Numbered from the stretch's first letter, positions 41,682-53,880 are shown. The stretch is DNA of 64,000 bases from Alphaproteobacteria bacterium (GCA_964291215.2 OZ219791.1:1280001-1344000); one strand, 5' to 3'. Notes: generated by a model not told the origin, from the letters alone. Made by a program: numbers and translations.

Positions 41682-43324
41682 GTGCGCCAGGCAAACTGGT
41701 GGAATGTTGCCGGGTGCAAGTCCCGAGAGAGGCTAACCACCACTTTCTCCGTGAACCATGCGTCGTGAGGCGTCAGGCGAAGCGTTGGGGAGCGGCAGGC
41801 TGGGCTATTGAGCCACGAGATGCTTTGAAACCGGAGTGCCGAGGTCGTCCAAGTGGGCAACACCCCGCGAGCCGCGTTGGTGAGGGGGGCTCCGCGGGGT
41901 CCGAGAACCATGGCCGAAGCAGGGACCTGGGAGGTCTTGCCCCTCTGTCGTGGAGGGGCCGCAGAGGAAAGGAACTATTCCATAAACCGATGATGAACGA
42001 GAAGTCAGATCCGGCCATAGTACCGTTGAAGGCGGCGAACAAGGGTTCTTCGGAGCCTGCGGAGTTGCTGGAGGGAAGGGCAATGCGGTTGGCCCGCGCC
42101 GCGCGCAGAAGCGGGGGTCACAGGCGGCTGAACGCAGGTAGCGAAGAGGAACCCGGAAGAGCGTCTTTACTCCACCACGTGACGGTCGACGCTCTGCACG
42201 ATGCGTTCCATTCCTTGAGGAAGGACGCGGCGGCGGGGCGTTGTGTGGCAAGCGTATGCGGAGGGTGTGGAACTGCCTGCACGCCCGTGTGCACAGGGGT
42301 GCGTACCGGGCGCCTCCAGGGTTTACATACCCAAGGAGGATGGAGGGCAACGACCGCTTGCCTCGGACAAGATTCTTCAGCGGGCAGTGTGATTCTGGTG
42401 CCGCTCTACGAAACGGAGTTCCTCGGGTTTAGTTACGGTTTCCGGCCGGGGCGCATCACGCGCTCGACGCCGTCACGGTGGAACGGCGGAAGGTCAACTG
42501 GATCGTTGACGCCCGCGGGTTCTTCGACAATCTCGACCGCGACCACCTGATTGCGATGCTCGGGAAACGGATCGGGGGGTCTGATCATCAAGTGGCTAAA
42601 CGCCGGCGTCATGGAAGGGACCGACTGGTCGGATACGGGCAAGGGAACACCGCAGGGGGCGATTGTATCGCCCTGCCTCGCGAACGTTTACCTGCACTAC
42701 GTGCGACTGGGTCCAGAACCACTGGCGCAAGCGGATGGCTGGAGGCGACACGATCATTATGCGGACGACTTCGTGTGCGGCTTTCAGCATCTGGGCGATG
42801 CGCAGCGCTTTCTCCGGGACCTTGGGGAGAGGCTGGCCCACTTGAACTGCACCCGGACAATCATCGAGTTCGGTCGGTTTGCCAGAGCGAACCGCCGGAA
42901 GCAGGGCAAGACGTTCGACTTCCTCGGCATGACGCACTTCTGCGAACAGACGAGGAAAGGCAGGTTCAGGGTCGGTCGCAAACCGTCTCGCAAACGGGCA
43001 CCCTGCGGCGGATCAAGGGGGCCTTGCGCATGCGATGGCACGACAACCGGCACGAAACGGCCAAGTGGTGAGTCATCAACGGCTGCTACTACGCCGTCCC
43101 GGGAAGCAGTCAATCCCTGCAGGGGTTCATACACCAATGCAAACGGCTGCGTGCCCTTCGGCGACGCTCCCAAAAGGACTTCACCGGGGACATAGACACC
43201 CTCGCCGCTGCCCACTGAGCCAGCATCCGCCACCCGTGGCCAAACCAGCGCCTTGTCGTCAGGGGAGGAGCGAACAGCGCACGTCCGGTTCTGTGCGGGG
43301 GGTAACCCGGTTCCCTACCGCAAT
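41682..43324 (+). mobile_element. Group II intron tandem copy 2
   Basis: Begins at the base after the 3' AAT of copy 1; 1643 bp. Confidence 0.93.
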
Positions 43325-44961
43325 GTGCGCCAGGCAAACTGGTGGAATGTTGCCGGGTGCAAGTCCCGAGAGAGGCTAACCACCACTTTCTCCGTGAACC
43401 ATGCGTCGTGAGGCGCCAGGCGAAGCGTTGGGGAGCGGCAGGCCAGGCTATTGAGCCACGAGATGCTTTGAAACCGGAGTGCCGAGGTCGTCCAAGTGGG
43501 CAACACCCCGCGAGCCGCGTTGGTGAGGGGGGCTCCGCGGGGTCCGAGAACCATGGCCGAAGCAGGGACCTGGGAGGTCTTGCCCCTCTGTCGTGGAGGG
43601 GCCGCAGAGGAAAGGAACTATTCCATAAACCGATGATGAACGAGAAGTCAGATCCGGCCATAGTACCGTTGAAGGCGGCGAACAAAGGTTCTCCGGAGCC
43701 TGCGGAGTTGCTGGAGGGAAGGGCAATGCGGTTGGCCCGCGCCGCGCGCAGAAGCGGGGGTCACAGGCGGCTGAACGCAGGTAGCGAAGAGGAACCCGGA
43801 AGAGCGTCTTTACTCCACCACGTGACGGTCGACGCTCTGCACGACGCGTTCCATTCCTTGAGGAAGGACGCGGCGGCGGGGCGTTGTGTGGCAAGCATAC
43901 GCGGAAGGGGTGGAACTGGTTGATCTACACGCCCGTGTGCACAGGGGTGCGTACCGGGCGCCTCCAGGGTTTACATTCCCAAGGAGGATGGAGGGCAACG
44001 ACCGCTTGCCTCGGACAAGATTCTTCAGCGGGCAGTGTGATTCTGGTGCCGCTCTACGAAACGGAGTTCCTCGGTTTCAGCTACGGTTTCCGGCCGGGAC
44101 GCATCATGCGCTCGACGCCGTCACGGTGGAACGGCGGAAGGTCAACTGGATCGTTGACGCCCGCGGGTTCTTTGACAATCTCGACCGCGACCACCTGATT
44201 GCGATGCTCGGGAAACGGATCGGGGGGTTATCCGGCTGATCATCAAGTGGCTGAACGCCGGCGTCATGGAAGGGACCGACTGGCAAGGGAACACCGCAGG
44301 GGGCGATTGTATCGCCCTGCCTCGCGAACGTTTACCTGCACTACGTGCGACTGGGTCCAGAACCACTGGCGCAAGCGGATGGCTGGAGGCGACACGATCA
44401 TTATGCGGACGACTTCGTGTGCGGCTTTCAGCATCTGAGCGACGCGCAGCGCTTTCTCCGGGACCTTGGGGAGAGGCTGGCCCACTTGAACTGCACCCGG
44501 ACAATCATCGAGTTCGGTCGGTTTGCCAGAGCGAACCGCCGGAAGCAGGGCAAGACGTTCGACTTCCTCGGCATGACGCACTTCTGCGAACAGACGAGGA
44601 AAGGCAGGTTCAGGGTCGGTCGCAAACCGTCTCGCAAACGGGCACCCTGCGGCGGATCAAGGGGGCCTTGCGCATGCGATGGCACGACAACCGGCACGAA
44701 ACGGCCAAGTGGTGAGTCATCAACGGCTGCTACTACGCCGTCCCGGGAAGCAGTCAATCCCTGCAGGGGTTCATACACCAATGCAAACGGCTGCGTGCCC
44801 TTCGGCGACGCTCCCAAAAGGACTTCACCGGGGACATAGACACCCTCACCGCTGCCCACTGAGCCAGCATCCGTGGCCAAACCAGCGCCTTGTCGTCAGG
44901 GGAGGAGCGAACAGCGCACGTCCGGTTCTGTGCGGGGGGTAACCCGGTTCCCTACCGCAAT
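43325..44961 (+). mobile_element. Group II intron tandem copy 3
   Basis: Same exact junction; 1637 bp; IS66 sequence resumes at 44962. Confidence 0.93.
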
Positions 44962-47087
44962 GGTCGTCTGTGAAGCGCAGGTTTTCGTGTTTCACGAGAC
45001 GTTCGTGCAGGTTGTGCGCGCCGGACTTGCGTCCACGTTTTCCTTTCGGCGGGATATCGGGCAGTTCCCTGGCGCCCTGATGGTGCGGTAGCGCTTGCGC
45101 CCGGCGTCGTTCAGGGTTTTGGATGCGCTCTTGTTGACCTTGTGGCAGGGAGCAGGCTCTTCATCAGTCGCGCGGTAGCCTCGACGACAAAGGTCAGTTC
45201 GCGCAGCAGGTGGCTGCCGCTGGTGGCTACACTGGCCCATGTACGAGGCCCAGGACGCCCTTGTAACACGGGATGATGCCGATCTCTTGCCCGCGCTTGC
45301 GGTGCGGGAACTTGCACGTCAGGGTCCCACGACATGGAGCCACTTACTGTTGATCCGAAATCGTCGACATCGGGCGTTGCAGGAGGTGCGCCACGGCGGC
45401 CTCCTCCCATGACGCATCGTGAAAGCATAGCCGAGGCCTCGGAGAGCTTGATATCGCCTGCACGAGCGCGACGGCGCAGGGACAGCATTTGGGCGACCAG
45501 CAGGTTGATGACGAGGGCCTGGATGCCGATGCCGTAATGCACGGGATGTTGTCGGGGAACCGGCCCCGGGCCTTGCACTTCGGACATTCCTTGATCTCGG
45601 CGCGGCGCTCGACGACCTCGAACACGATGTCGTGCGGCGCTCCCGATCGACGGGGCCGTCGATGTCGGCGCCGCAGGCCGCGACCGTTTCCTCGACGATG
45701 GTCTTGCGCAGGTTGTCGCCCATCTGCCGGTTCGGCTTCGGGCCGTTGCTCCCGGCACGCTCTCGTCCTTGTCCGTCTGTGACGGCGGCAGACCGGAGTT
45801 CCGGCTCGTGCGTAGTCTTCTCCAGAAGGACGACGATGATGATGTCGAGCAGGATGACGAGGACGCGGATCACGGCCTCTTTCGGCACCTTGCCGGCAGC
45901 GCCGCGGTCTTGGCCGCTTCGAACTCCTCGCGCGCCGCGTTGACCGTCGCCATCACCCGGTCTTGCGCTTCATCAGCGCGCCGCCTCCGAGATGCGTTTC
46001 CACATACAGATCATGCGGGGGCTGGAGCCTCGGAAGCAGCTGGCACAGCCCGCTCGTCGCCTTCGATCCAAAGTAGCCCACTGGCGGTCCCCTCGATTAC
46101 CACCACTAAACGAATCGGCCTGCAGTGTCAAATCTCCACGAAAACCCGTTCATTGCTCTACCCCGACATCAAGCCGGAACCAGGGGGTGAGCAGTTACGA
46201 GGCGGCAAATAAGACCCTCGTCACACAGCGCATGAAACGCTCTGGCATGCGCTGGCGCATCGTCGGCGGACAATCACCTTCCGCGCCCTGCTCGAAGCCA
46301 GCCGCTTCGAGAGCGCGTGGACGGCCATGATCGGTGCAGACGACGCACCAGCCAACGACAACATCAGCCCAAATCACACCCCGGCACTGGCCGTACGAGA
46401 TGAACAAATGGTACTGAGCCTGCAACTGTGCCATACGAAACTCTCACCCTTCGCCGCTTCCTGTGGCGTGGGAGTTGCGGGCGCCGCTGGTCGCGCAGGA
46501 GTTGTGCTCGATTTATCAGCGGCGCTTTCCGGCGCGCGCAGGGGCATCGCCTCGGTACTGTGCGTGATGGCGCGGCTTGCGAACCGGCGCGGCGGCGCAC
46601 TACGACGCAGAAGGAGCTGGAGCAGCATGGAAGAACAGGGACAAGCCGGTCTCGACCGTGCACCGGGTGCTGCAGAACACCGACCCGGGATGGATCGAGG
46701 ATGCGGCGCGCAGCCGCAGGTCGGCAACGCGGTCGACGGCAAGCGCACCGGCGAGGATCATTACGAGACAGTCTCGCTGGCCGGTATTCGATCCTCAACT
46801 ATCACGACGGGGAGATCGCTGCCGTCCACGCCGCGACGGCGCTGGCCGTCTGCTCACCCTCGACGCGCTCCACACCACCCGCGAGGCTGATCATCGAGAC
46901 CCATCGCGCGGACTGATGGTCAAGGGCAACGCACCTTCGAGAGAGCATCAACTGGAAGACCGCCAGCGCTACAACGAAAAGCCCGCGCATGGCCGCCAGC
47001 GCATCATCTTCACCCCGCTGGCGAAGATGATCAACTATGTCAAGCAGATCTTCCGCGTCACCCGGCACGTCGAATTCAGGAAATCCG

Positions 47088-48287
47088 CCCCACTTCCAGT
47101 CTGAAGTGCAACATCCGGCCCTCATCGCAGTGAGGGCGTAGCCCGAACGGAGATGAGGGCCGGATGTTGCGCAAATTTTTCCCCTCTGCTCTTCTCGATT
47201 CCGCCTGGGAACAGCTTCAGTTCCTTCAACATCGAGCTTATGCAACGCCTTTGTCGGCTTCAAGCCACTATTTCGTCGTCGCGCGGCATGGACCCTGCTG
47301 CACGTTGCGGCTTTGGAACGCAGATGGTCAGCGCGGTTTCACTTCAAGATTACCTCCGTCGGCGATCCCAGGACTTTCCGAGTGTTGAGCCGCACCTTCT
47401 GAACATCTTCGTTGCATGTCGCGCGAAAGTCCGTGCCCTTCGGGAAGTACTCCCGCACCAGGCCGTTGGTGTGCTCATTCAAGCCGCGCTCCCAGGAATG
47501 GAAAGGCGAAGAAGAAATCTGCGTCAAGTGCGACACGCCTGTGGTCTGCGAACTCTTTGCCGTTGTGATTGTGTGGACCAATAGCGCACCAGAGCCGAGC
47601 AGGCGGATCATACCAACCGTGTCTTTCTGTCCACCCAGCAAGGTGTATTTCGTGGCACGAGCGACACGACAGCTCCACTGTGAGCTTTGCCGATGATGGC
47701 TCCCAGTCGCCGATCCGTTCCTTTGCCTCCGCAGGGCGCTCGGAAATGTCCACTCGGCCAGGAATGTGGCCCCGATGGCATCCGCCCTTCCAGTTCGGCT
47801 TCTTGCCGCGCCGCCGAAGCTTCTTCCACAAGACGCCCCGGCTCTCCGATCTTCGGCGATCATGGATCCGTTGCCAACCCACGGCCCTCCAGTCGAAAAC
47901 GGCCGCTGCTCGGGGCCCTCCCGCAGCTTTTTCTGAGCTTCAGCCCGAGGCGTCAACCGCCAAGAAACAGACAAGGCGGCCCTGCGGCGCGTTTCTGCCA
48001 TCCTTTGCGCCTGCTTGTGACGGTAACCCCGTCCCCCGGTGTTGCGCTTGATCTCCCGGAAAATTGTTGATCGGCCCAGCTGCCGAGCAATCGCACCTCG
48101 TGAAAGACCGCTTTTCTGCCTCAATCTGACATCGCTCTTCGTAGGTGACGGTAGCCTTTGGACATGAACAAGCTCCCTTCATCTTGTACAGGAACTCTCG
48201 CCGCTGCTGGACAGCTCCGCAACATCATGCGTCTAAAAACACATGGCCACAGCCCATCATGTGTTGCACTTCACTATGGAACGGGGG
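47088..48287 (-). mobile_element. IS30-family element, degenerate
   Basis: TIR cores TTCCAGTCTGAAGTGCAACA / TGTTGCACTTCACTATGGAA; IARQLGR.STI.REIKRN and SWERGLNEHTNGLVREYFPKG. Exact ends are approximate. Confidence 0.88.
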
Positions 48288-48672
48288 GACAAATTCTGGC
48301 TAGTTTGGCGTATAAGCCCCATGCGGAATGGCGGAGTATCCCGGCGCGACAACGTTGCCGATTGTGTGGAACATGTGGCACAGGGTCCGGGCGGGCAAGT
48401 GTTGTCGGCCAGCCGCGACTCCTTGCCGGCGTTGAGGATGCACGACTTCCCGCGGCATTGACTCGCCCGGTGCAGCCGGACATCGTCAACGTCATCCGAA
48501 ACGTTCATGCCCGGAGCGGGGTCATGGAGCAGATGCAGGGCAAGATCGAACGACGGGGTGGCGATGATCCGGCAAATGGCCGGTGCGGGCGAACGGTCGG
48601 CCTTCAGAGCAGGTTGGCGCGAATGACCTTCGCGCCGGGCGAGGGATCACTGCTGATCTCGGAGAGACTTCG

Positions 48673-50124
48673 GTGACGTCCGTCGATGTCGCCGTCGTGG
48701 GCGGCGGATACACTGGCGCCGTCTTTGCGATCTACCTGTCGCGTCTGGTCGGGCGGCCGCTCGACATCGCGATCGTCGAGCCGCGCAAACGTCCCGGTCG
48801 CGGCGTCGCCTACGATACCGACGATCCCGACCTTCGGCTCAACGCGCCGCTGCCGGTGCATTTCGTCTTCCCGGATGCGCCGGACCATCTGAGCGACTGG
48901 TACGCCGAACAGAACTCCTTGGCGCGCGATCCCGGCGCGCTGGTCGCGGATGGCAGCATCTATATGCGCCGCGGGGATTTCGGACGCTACGTCGAAGAAC
49001 AGCTTCGCGCGCATATCGACGGCAATCCTTCCGGCTCGAGGCTCCGGCATGTCCGATCCCGCGCCTTGGCCGCGCACCGAACGCCCGATGGCTACAGGCT
49101 GGCCTTGGATGACGGGCGGACGCTGTCGGTCGGGCTGACGGTTCTTGCCTCCGGCTACGATGCCCCCCGTGCGCCGCCGCCCTTTGATGGTGCAATCTCC
49201 GGTCATGCCGGGTTCGTTGTCGATCCGTGGAATACCGCTCGGGTCCGGGAAATTCCGGCCGATGCCAGGGTCCTGGTGCTCGGCATGGCGCAAACGGCTG
49301 CGGATGTAATCGCTGTGCTGGTGCGTTCCGGGCACAGGGGATCCATCACGGCGGTCTCGCGTCACGGCCTCTATCCCCGCCGCCGCCCGCCCGCAATTCC
49401 CGGCTCGCCACCGGACGTCATGGAACGCTTGGTTCGGCCGGTTTCCCTGTTCACGGCGGCGCACGGCCGGCACAAAAGCGTGCGCTGCCTGCTTCGGACG
49501 CTGCGGTCCGAAGTGCGCCGGGCCGAGGCCGTGGGCGGCAGTTGGGTCGAGCCCTTCGGCGATTTGAGGGATTCGGTCTGGGAGCTCTGGCCGGCGCTGC
49601 CGCTGGCGGAGAAGCGCCGGTTCTTGCGCCACTTGCGGGCCTGGTACGATGTCTACCGGTTCCAGCTGTCGCCGCAGGTCGACAGCCGCATCGCCGGTGC
49701 CGAGGTCCAAGGACAGGTTTCGTTCGAGGCGGCTTTCTGCATGTCGGCCGCGTCGGAGGATGGCGCCCTGTTGGTCACCCTGCGCCGAAGGGGTGGTCGC
49801 GAGTGCCGCCGCAAGGCGTTTGATGCCGTCGTGAACTGCACCGGGCCAAGCATGCGGCCGGACCGGTCCAACAATCCCCTTGTGGCAAGTCTTGTGGCGT
49901 CCGGCTACGCGGCGCCCCATCCGGCCGGAGTGGGTTTCAGAGTCGACGACGAGTGCCGCGCGATCGGCGCCGATGGGCGCGCGGATCCGCATTTGCGGAT
50001 CGTCGGCCCGTTGACCTATGGCGCGTTCGCTGACCAGCAGGGCGCCGCGTTCATCGCGCTGCGGCTGCACCGAATTATGCCCGGCGTCGTCGCCTCGCTG
50101 AACCCGGTAGGGCGGTTTCGTTGA
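48673..50124 (+). CDS. FAD/NAD(P)-binding protein (COG4529-like)
   Basis: VVGGGYTG, GRGVAY..LN, R.DFGRY, SRHGL.P and VVNCTGP; GTG start after GGAGAG. Confidence 0.82.
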   Translation: MTSVDVAVVGGGYTGAVFAIYLSRLVGRPLDIAIVEPRKRPGRGVAYDTDDPDLRLNAPLPVHFVFPDAPDHLSDWYAEQNSLARDPGALVADGSIYMRRGDFGRYVEEQLRAHIDGNPSGSRLRHVRSRALAAHRTPDGYRLALDDGRTLSVGLTVLASGYDAPRAPPPFDGAISGHAGFVVDPWNTARVREIPADARVLVLGMAQTAADVIAVLVRSGHRGSITAVSRHGLYPRRRPPAIPGSPPDVMERLVRPVSLFTAAHGRHKSVRCLLRTLRSEVRRAEAVGGSWVEPFGDLRDSVWELWPALPLAEKRRFLRHLRAWYDVYRFQLSPQVDSRIAGAEVQGQVSFEAAFCMSAASEDGALLVTLRRRGGRECRRKAFDAVVNCTGPSMRPDRSNNPLVASLVASGYAAPHPAGVGFRVDDECRAIGADGRADPHLRIVGPLTYGAFADQQGAAFIALRLHRIMPGVVASLNPVGRFR

Positions 50125-50235
50125 CGGTGTATCCGTACGGACCGGCGCAGGGTAGGTTTCCGCGGGCAGGACCGGTCCGGCTGGAACCCTTTGATGCGCC
50201 TGGTGGTCTGTCCTCCGCCGGCAAGGGCTGAGCGC

Positions 50236-52083
50236 CACGGTGATCCCACGCTAGGTTTGTTGGAAGGGTCGGTTTCGCTTATTCAGGATGATTCGCATTT
50301 TCGCTGGCTTTTTGTGAAGCGACGTAGTATCCGTTGTCGTGGGGGCAGCGGATTTTTTTGAGACGACTCCGGAGGGTTTTGCGCTCCGGGATGTGGTTGT
50401 GCGCCTTGCGCGGCCTGATGTCGCTGAAATCGTGTCGTTGACCGTATCTTGGTTTCAAGCAGTTTGCCGGTCGAGGTCTGCGTGTTCACCTGGCGCGGGC
50501 GGTGGATTGGTGCTGCGGGCTGGCAGACGGGCGTCCTCAGCTGCGCACCCGTTGGATTGGCTGGCGCCGCGAGGAACAGTTCAGGCGGTTGCCGGGAACA
50601 ACACGAGGTTTGTTGTTCCTGGTGGTCGTTTCCGGGCCTTGCCTCGTTTGCGTTGTCGCGGATGGTGCGGCGTGGCGACTGGGAGGCTGCGTACGGCCAT
50701 CCGTTGCTTGTTGCGGAGTCGTTTGTCTCGCCGACGAAGTTCAGCGGCACCATGTACAAAGCGGCGAACTGGGAGTGCGTTGGCAAGGGCTATGCGCGCG
50801 CCAGCGGGCGCTATACCGACCGGCACGGGGAGGCGAAGGATCTTTACGTGTTTCCGCTGCGTCGCGATGCCTGTCGTCGGCTGCGGGATCGTTCACCGCT
50901 TCCTGTGGCGTGGGAGTTGCGGGCGCCGCTGGTCGGCGCAGGAGTTGCGCTCGATTTATCAGCGGCGCTTTCCGACTTCCGGCGCGCGCAGGGGCACCGC
51001 ATCGCCTCGGTGCTGTGCGTGATTTTGCTGGCTTGCGAACCGGCACGGTGCGGTTGCGGCGGCGCACTACGACGCAGAAGGAGCTGGAGCAGCATGGAAG
51101 AACAGGGACAAGCCGGTTTCCAAATCGACCGTGCACCGGGTGCTGCAGAACACCGACCCGGGATGGATCGAGGATGCGGCGCGCAGCCGCAGGTCGGCAA
51201 CGCGGTCGACGGCAAGCGCATCCGCGGCCGCACCGGCGAGGATCATTACGAGACGGTCTCGCTGGCACGGGACCGGTATGCCGGTTTCGATCCTCAACTA
51301 TAACGACGGGGAGATCGCTGCCGTCCACGCCGCGACGGCGCCGGCCGTCTGCTCACCCTCGACGCGCTCCACACCACCCGCGAGGCTGATCATCGAGACC
51401 CATCGCGCGGACTGATGGTCAAGGGCAACGCACCTTCGAGAGAGCATCAACTGGAAGACCGCCAGCGCTACAACGAAAAGCCCGCGCATGGCCGCCAGCG
51501 CACCATCTTCACCCCGCTGGCGAAGATGATCAACTAGTCAAGCAGATCTTCCGCGTCACCCGGCGCGTCGAATTCAAGAAATCCGGAAAACGGACAACCG
51601 AATACGGCATGACCTCGGTCAAGGCCGAACGCGCCTCGCCGCAACAGCTGCTCGCATGGAATCGCGGACACTGGGTAGTCGAGAGCCATCATCATGTCCG
51701 CGACGCCACCTTCCGCGAAGACGACTCCATGCTCCGAACGCGCCCGCAAACAACGCGATCACCCTCGCAATCATCATCCGCAACAAGCTGCCCAAACCCT
51801 TCAACAGCTTCGTCGACACCACTATGCCGACAAACGCAAGCAGGTCCTGCACGCAATCACAAGACCAGGCTGACCGCGCCTCTCTCCCCGACAGAAACCG
51901 CAAGCCTTCGAGCCCGGCAACCAAACTCGGCAGGCCTCTCGCTCGCCCCGGATACGCCGACCAATCGCGCCCCGCGCCGCAACAGCGCGTCAGCAAATCT
52001 CAAAATCGCAGTCTCGAACGCGTCGACCCGCGCCGCGATCAGGACTCCGATCACATCACATCAACAAGCATGGGATCATCTTG
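50236..52083 (+). mobile_element. ISAs1-family (DUF4338-fused) copy B, both ends, degenerate
   Basis: TIRs CACGGTGATCCCACGC / GCATGGGATCATCTTG; motifs NNTRF, GTMYKAANW, AVDGKRIRG, TLDALHT and RGHW.VE.HHVRD.TFRED. Confidence 0.9.
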
Positions 52084-52170
52084 CAAGCCGGAACCAGGGG
52101 GTGAGCAGTTACGTACTGGGAAAAAGGGATCACGGACTGATCAAGTCAACTCACGAGGTCAGGACCTCTG
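52084..52170. mobile_element. Stacked terminal remnants: IS66 left end plus end of the 4707-5181 element
   Basis: CAAGCCGGAACCAGGGGGTGAGCAGTTAC, then GGACTGATCAAGTCAACTCACGAGGTCAG, which matches ~5144-5173. Confidence 0.8.
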
Positions 52171-52173
52171 AGT

Positions 52174-53880
52174 CTACTCCGTGTCTATCCTCGCTGCGTA
52201 GCCGCCGGCAGCGTGCCCGGTCCCGAAGTGGGCGTTGAAGGTGCCGATCATGCCGTCCGGACGCCCCGGGCCGGAATGGTGATAGCCCTCACCCTGCCAC
52301 TCGCCGGCTTGAGGCATGTCGCCGCCGGGAGCGGCGGAACCCTGGGCAACGCCTTCAACGTCGATGAGGTCTTCGTATTCAGCCGTCCCCTCCTGGAGCG
52401 TAACGCTCCAGTCCGAGCCGACGGCACTCCCCTTGAAGTTGTCGATCTTTCCTTTCAGTTTGGACTTGACGGCGCCAACCACGAACGTCGCGTTGAGCGT
52501 CACATCCGCCGTGAACTGTCCCGACTTTTGCCCCGTATGCGTGCCGGCGGTGTAGGTCTTCAGCACCGACAGGCCAAAGGCCTCGCCCTTGTAGGTGGCG
52601 GTTTTGGCGAGCCCGGCGGTCTCGCTGACATCCCCGCCATAGCCGGCGGGGGCGTGGGCGAAGAGACGAATCCCGACATCCTCGCCGGTCTCATACAGCC
52701 AGTACCCGTAGCGGGCATAGGCTCCATACCGCGTGTAGTGGGCGTCGGTCGCCTTCATCCGGTAGTAGCGCGTTTGATCGCCGCTCTCTTCCCCGAGCCA
52801 CTGGAAAAACAGGTTGCCGGTCAGCTTGCCTTCGTCAACCGTGCAGCTGCCCTGGCAGTGCAGCGTCCCCTTGACCCCCTTGTAATACTGGGTATCGGCC
52901 TTGTTGTTGGGGAATGCGGGAAGCGCCGTCAGGGCCGTTCCATCCGAGCCGGTGAGTACGGAAAGGGGCATCCCGGCAAGGGGCAGGACATCGACATCCA
53001 TGTTGTCGGTGCCGAAGGCCTTCTTGATCAGGTTCCCCGCTCCGGCAATCTGCTCCCAGGTCATGACGTCTTCCGGGAGGCCGCGCAGGTCATACTTGAG
53101 GTAGGCCCTGGAGCGGCCAGTGTTGTCGGTCTGGTCTGGATCGGAAGTGGCGGGGAGGACAACCTTCGTCGGTACAACACCAATAAGATCATCATCGGTA
53201 TCGTCTTCCCTCCGGCTCGTCGTAGCCCCGACCTTCGGTGCGCCGTCGCTCTCGCTGAAAGGCTGCAGCATGTAGAGGACCCCCCGTGCGCCAGAGTAGG
53301 TGCCCTGGTTCCCGGAGGCGTCGGCGTCGCCAGCGGGGGTTTCGTCGGCGCGCGCCTTGATCTTCGCCTCGGTATCGACCCTCCCGGCATAGCCGTTGAT
53401 CGTTCTCAGATACCCCTCGATGAGCTTGATCTCCGCCTCCACTTTCTCGATCGCACTCGCGGCCACTTCTTTTTGCGCCGCGAGGCCGGGCGTGTCGGAC
53501 GACGCGGCGTCCAACTCCTTCTTCGCCTCCTCGGCCTTCATCTTCTCCGCCTTGGCCTCCGCCAGCGCCTTCTCGACCGCCGCCTTCGCGTCCGTTATGA
53601 TCTTGGCGTTGGTCGCGACTACCCCGCTGTCGCCGCCTGTGTTGTAGATGTCAGCTGGGTCCGCCTTCTTGGCCGCGTCAAGCTGCGTTTTCGCTGTCGT
53701 CCTGGCCGTCATGGCCGCCTTTTCGGCCGCCTTGGCGTTGTTGTACCAGTCGTCCGGCGTCATCATCTGCTCCTCACCGCCCATCGCCGTGGCCGGCTTC
53801 TTCGACCCGCCGCCGCAGCTCGCGAGCGCCAAACCCGCAGCGGCCAGCGCCGCCAAGGTCACATATTTCATAGTTCTCAT
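52174..53880 (-). CDS. Surface lipoprotein with coiled-coil stalk and C-terminal TbpB-like beta-barrel
   Basis: Lipobox LASC-GGG; Ala/Lys-rich coil; YGYWL, ATYKGEAFG, FTADVTLNATF, G.IDNF and GTFNAHF..GH.AGGY; AGGAG RBS. Confidence 0.75.
   Translation of the reverse strand: MRTMKYVTLAALAAAGLALASCGGGSKKPATAMGGEEQMMTPDDWYNNAKAAEKAAMTARTTAKTQLDAAKKADPADIYNTGGDSGVVATNAKIITDAKAAVEKALAEAKAEKMKAEEAKKELDAASSDTPGLAAQKEVAASAIEKVEAEIKLIEGYLRTINGYAGRVDTEAKIKARADETPAGDADASGNQGTYSGARGVLYMLQPFSESDGAPKVGATTSRREDDTDDDLIGVVPTKVVLPATSDPDQTDNTGRSRAYLKYDLRGLPEDVMTWEQIAGAGNLIKKAFGTDNMDVDVLPLAGMPLSVLTGSDGTALTALPAFPNNKADTQYYKGVKGTLHCQGSCTVDEGKLTGNLFFQWLGEESGDQTRYYRMKATDAHYTRYGAYARYGYWLYETGEDVGIRLFAHAPAGYGGDVSETAGLAKTATYKGEAFGLSVLKTYTAGTHTGQKSGQFTADVTLNATFVVGAVKSKLKGKIDNFKGSAVGSDWSVTLQEGTAEYEDLIDVEGVAQGSAAPGGDMPQAGEWQGEGYHHSGPGRPDGMIGTFNAHFGTGHAAGGYAARIDTE

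Larger units (their letters stand above)
39802..46198 (-). mobile_element. IS66-family element, degenerate, carrying the intron triplet
   Basis: Ends GTATCTACTCACCCC / GGGGTGAGCAGTTAC; perfect 8-bp TSD GAGGCGGC (39794-39801 and 46199-46206). Confidence 0.9.
39519..46449 (+). mobile_element. ISKra4 deletion derivative split by IS66
   Basis: Same TIRs as 6545-7856; TSD TTCGTCGC/TTCGCCGC; motif GSGIVEAA/NKTLVTQRMKRSGMRW rejoins across the IS66. Confidence 0.88.
38855..47087 (+). mobile_element. ISAs1-family (DUF4338-fused) copy A, degenerate, split by nested elements and truncated by IS30
   Basis: 38855-39518 plus 46450-47087 align colinearly with copies at 50236 and 54579. Confidence 0.85.

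Noticed and set aside
40039-44961. RT plus repeats as a DGR, retron or CRISPR-linked RT
   Set aside because: The repeats are whole group II introns with domain V/VI and splice ends. There is no adenine-specific TR/VR pair, msr/msd or cas gene.
50236-52083. Druantia defence system
   Set aside because: The DUF4338-like sequence is part of IS transposases; no DruE-like helicase or partner genes are present.
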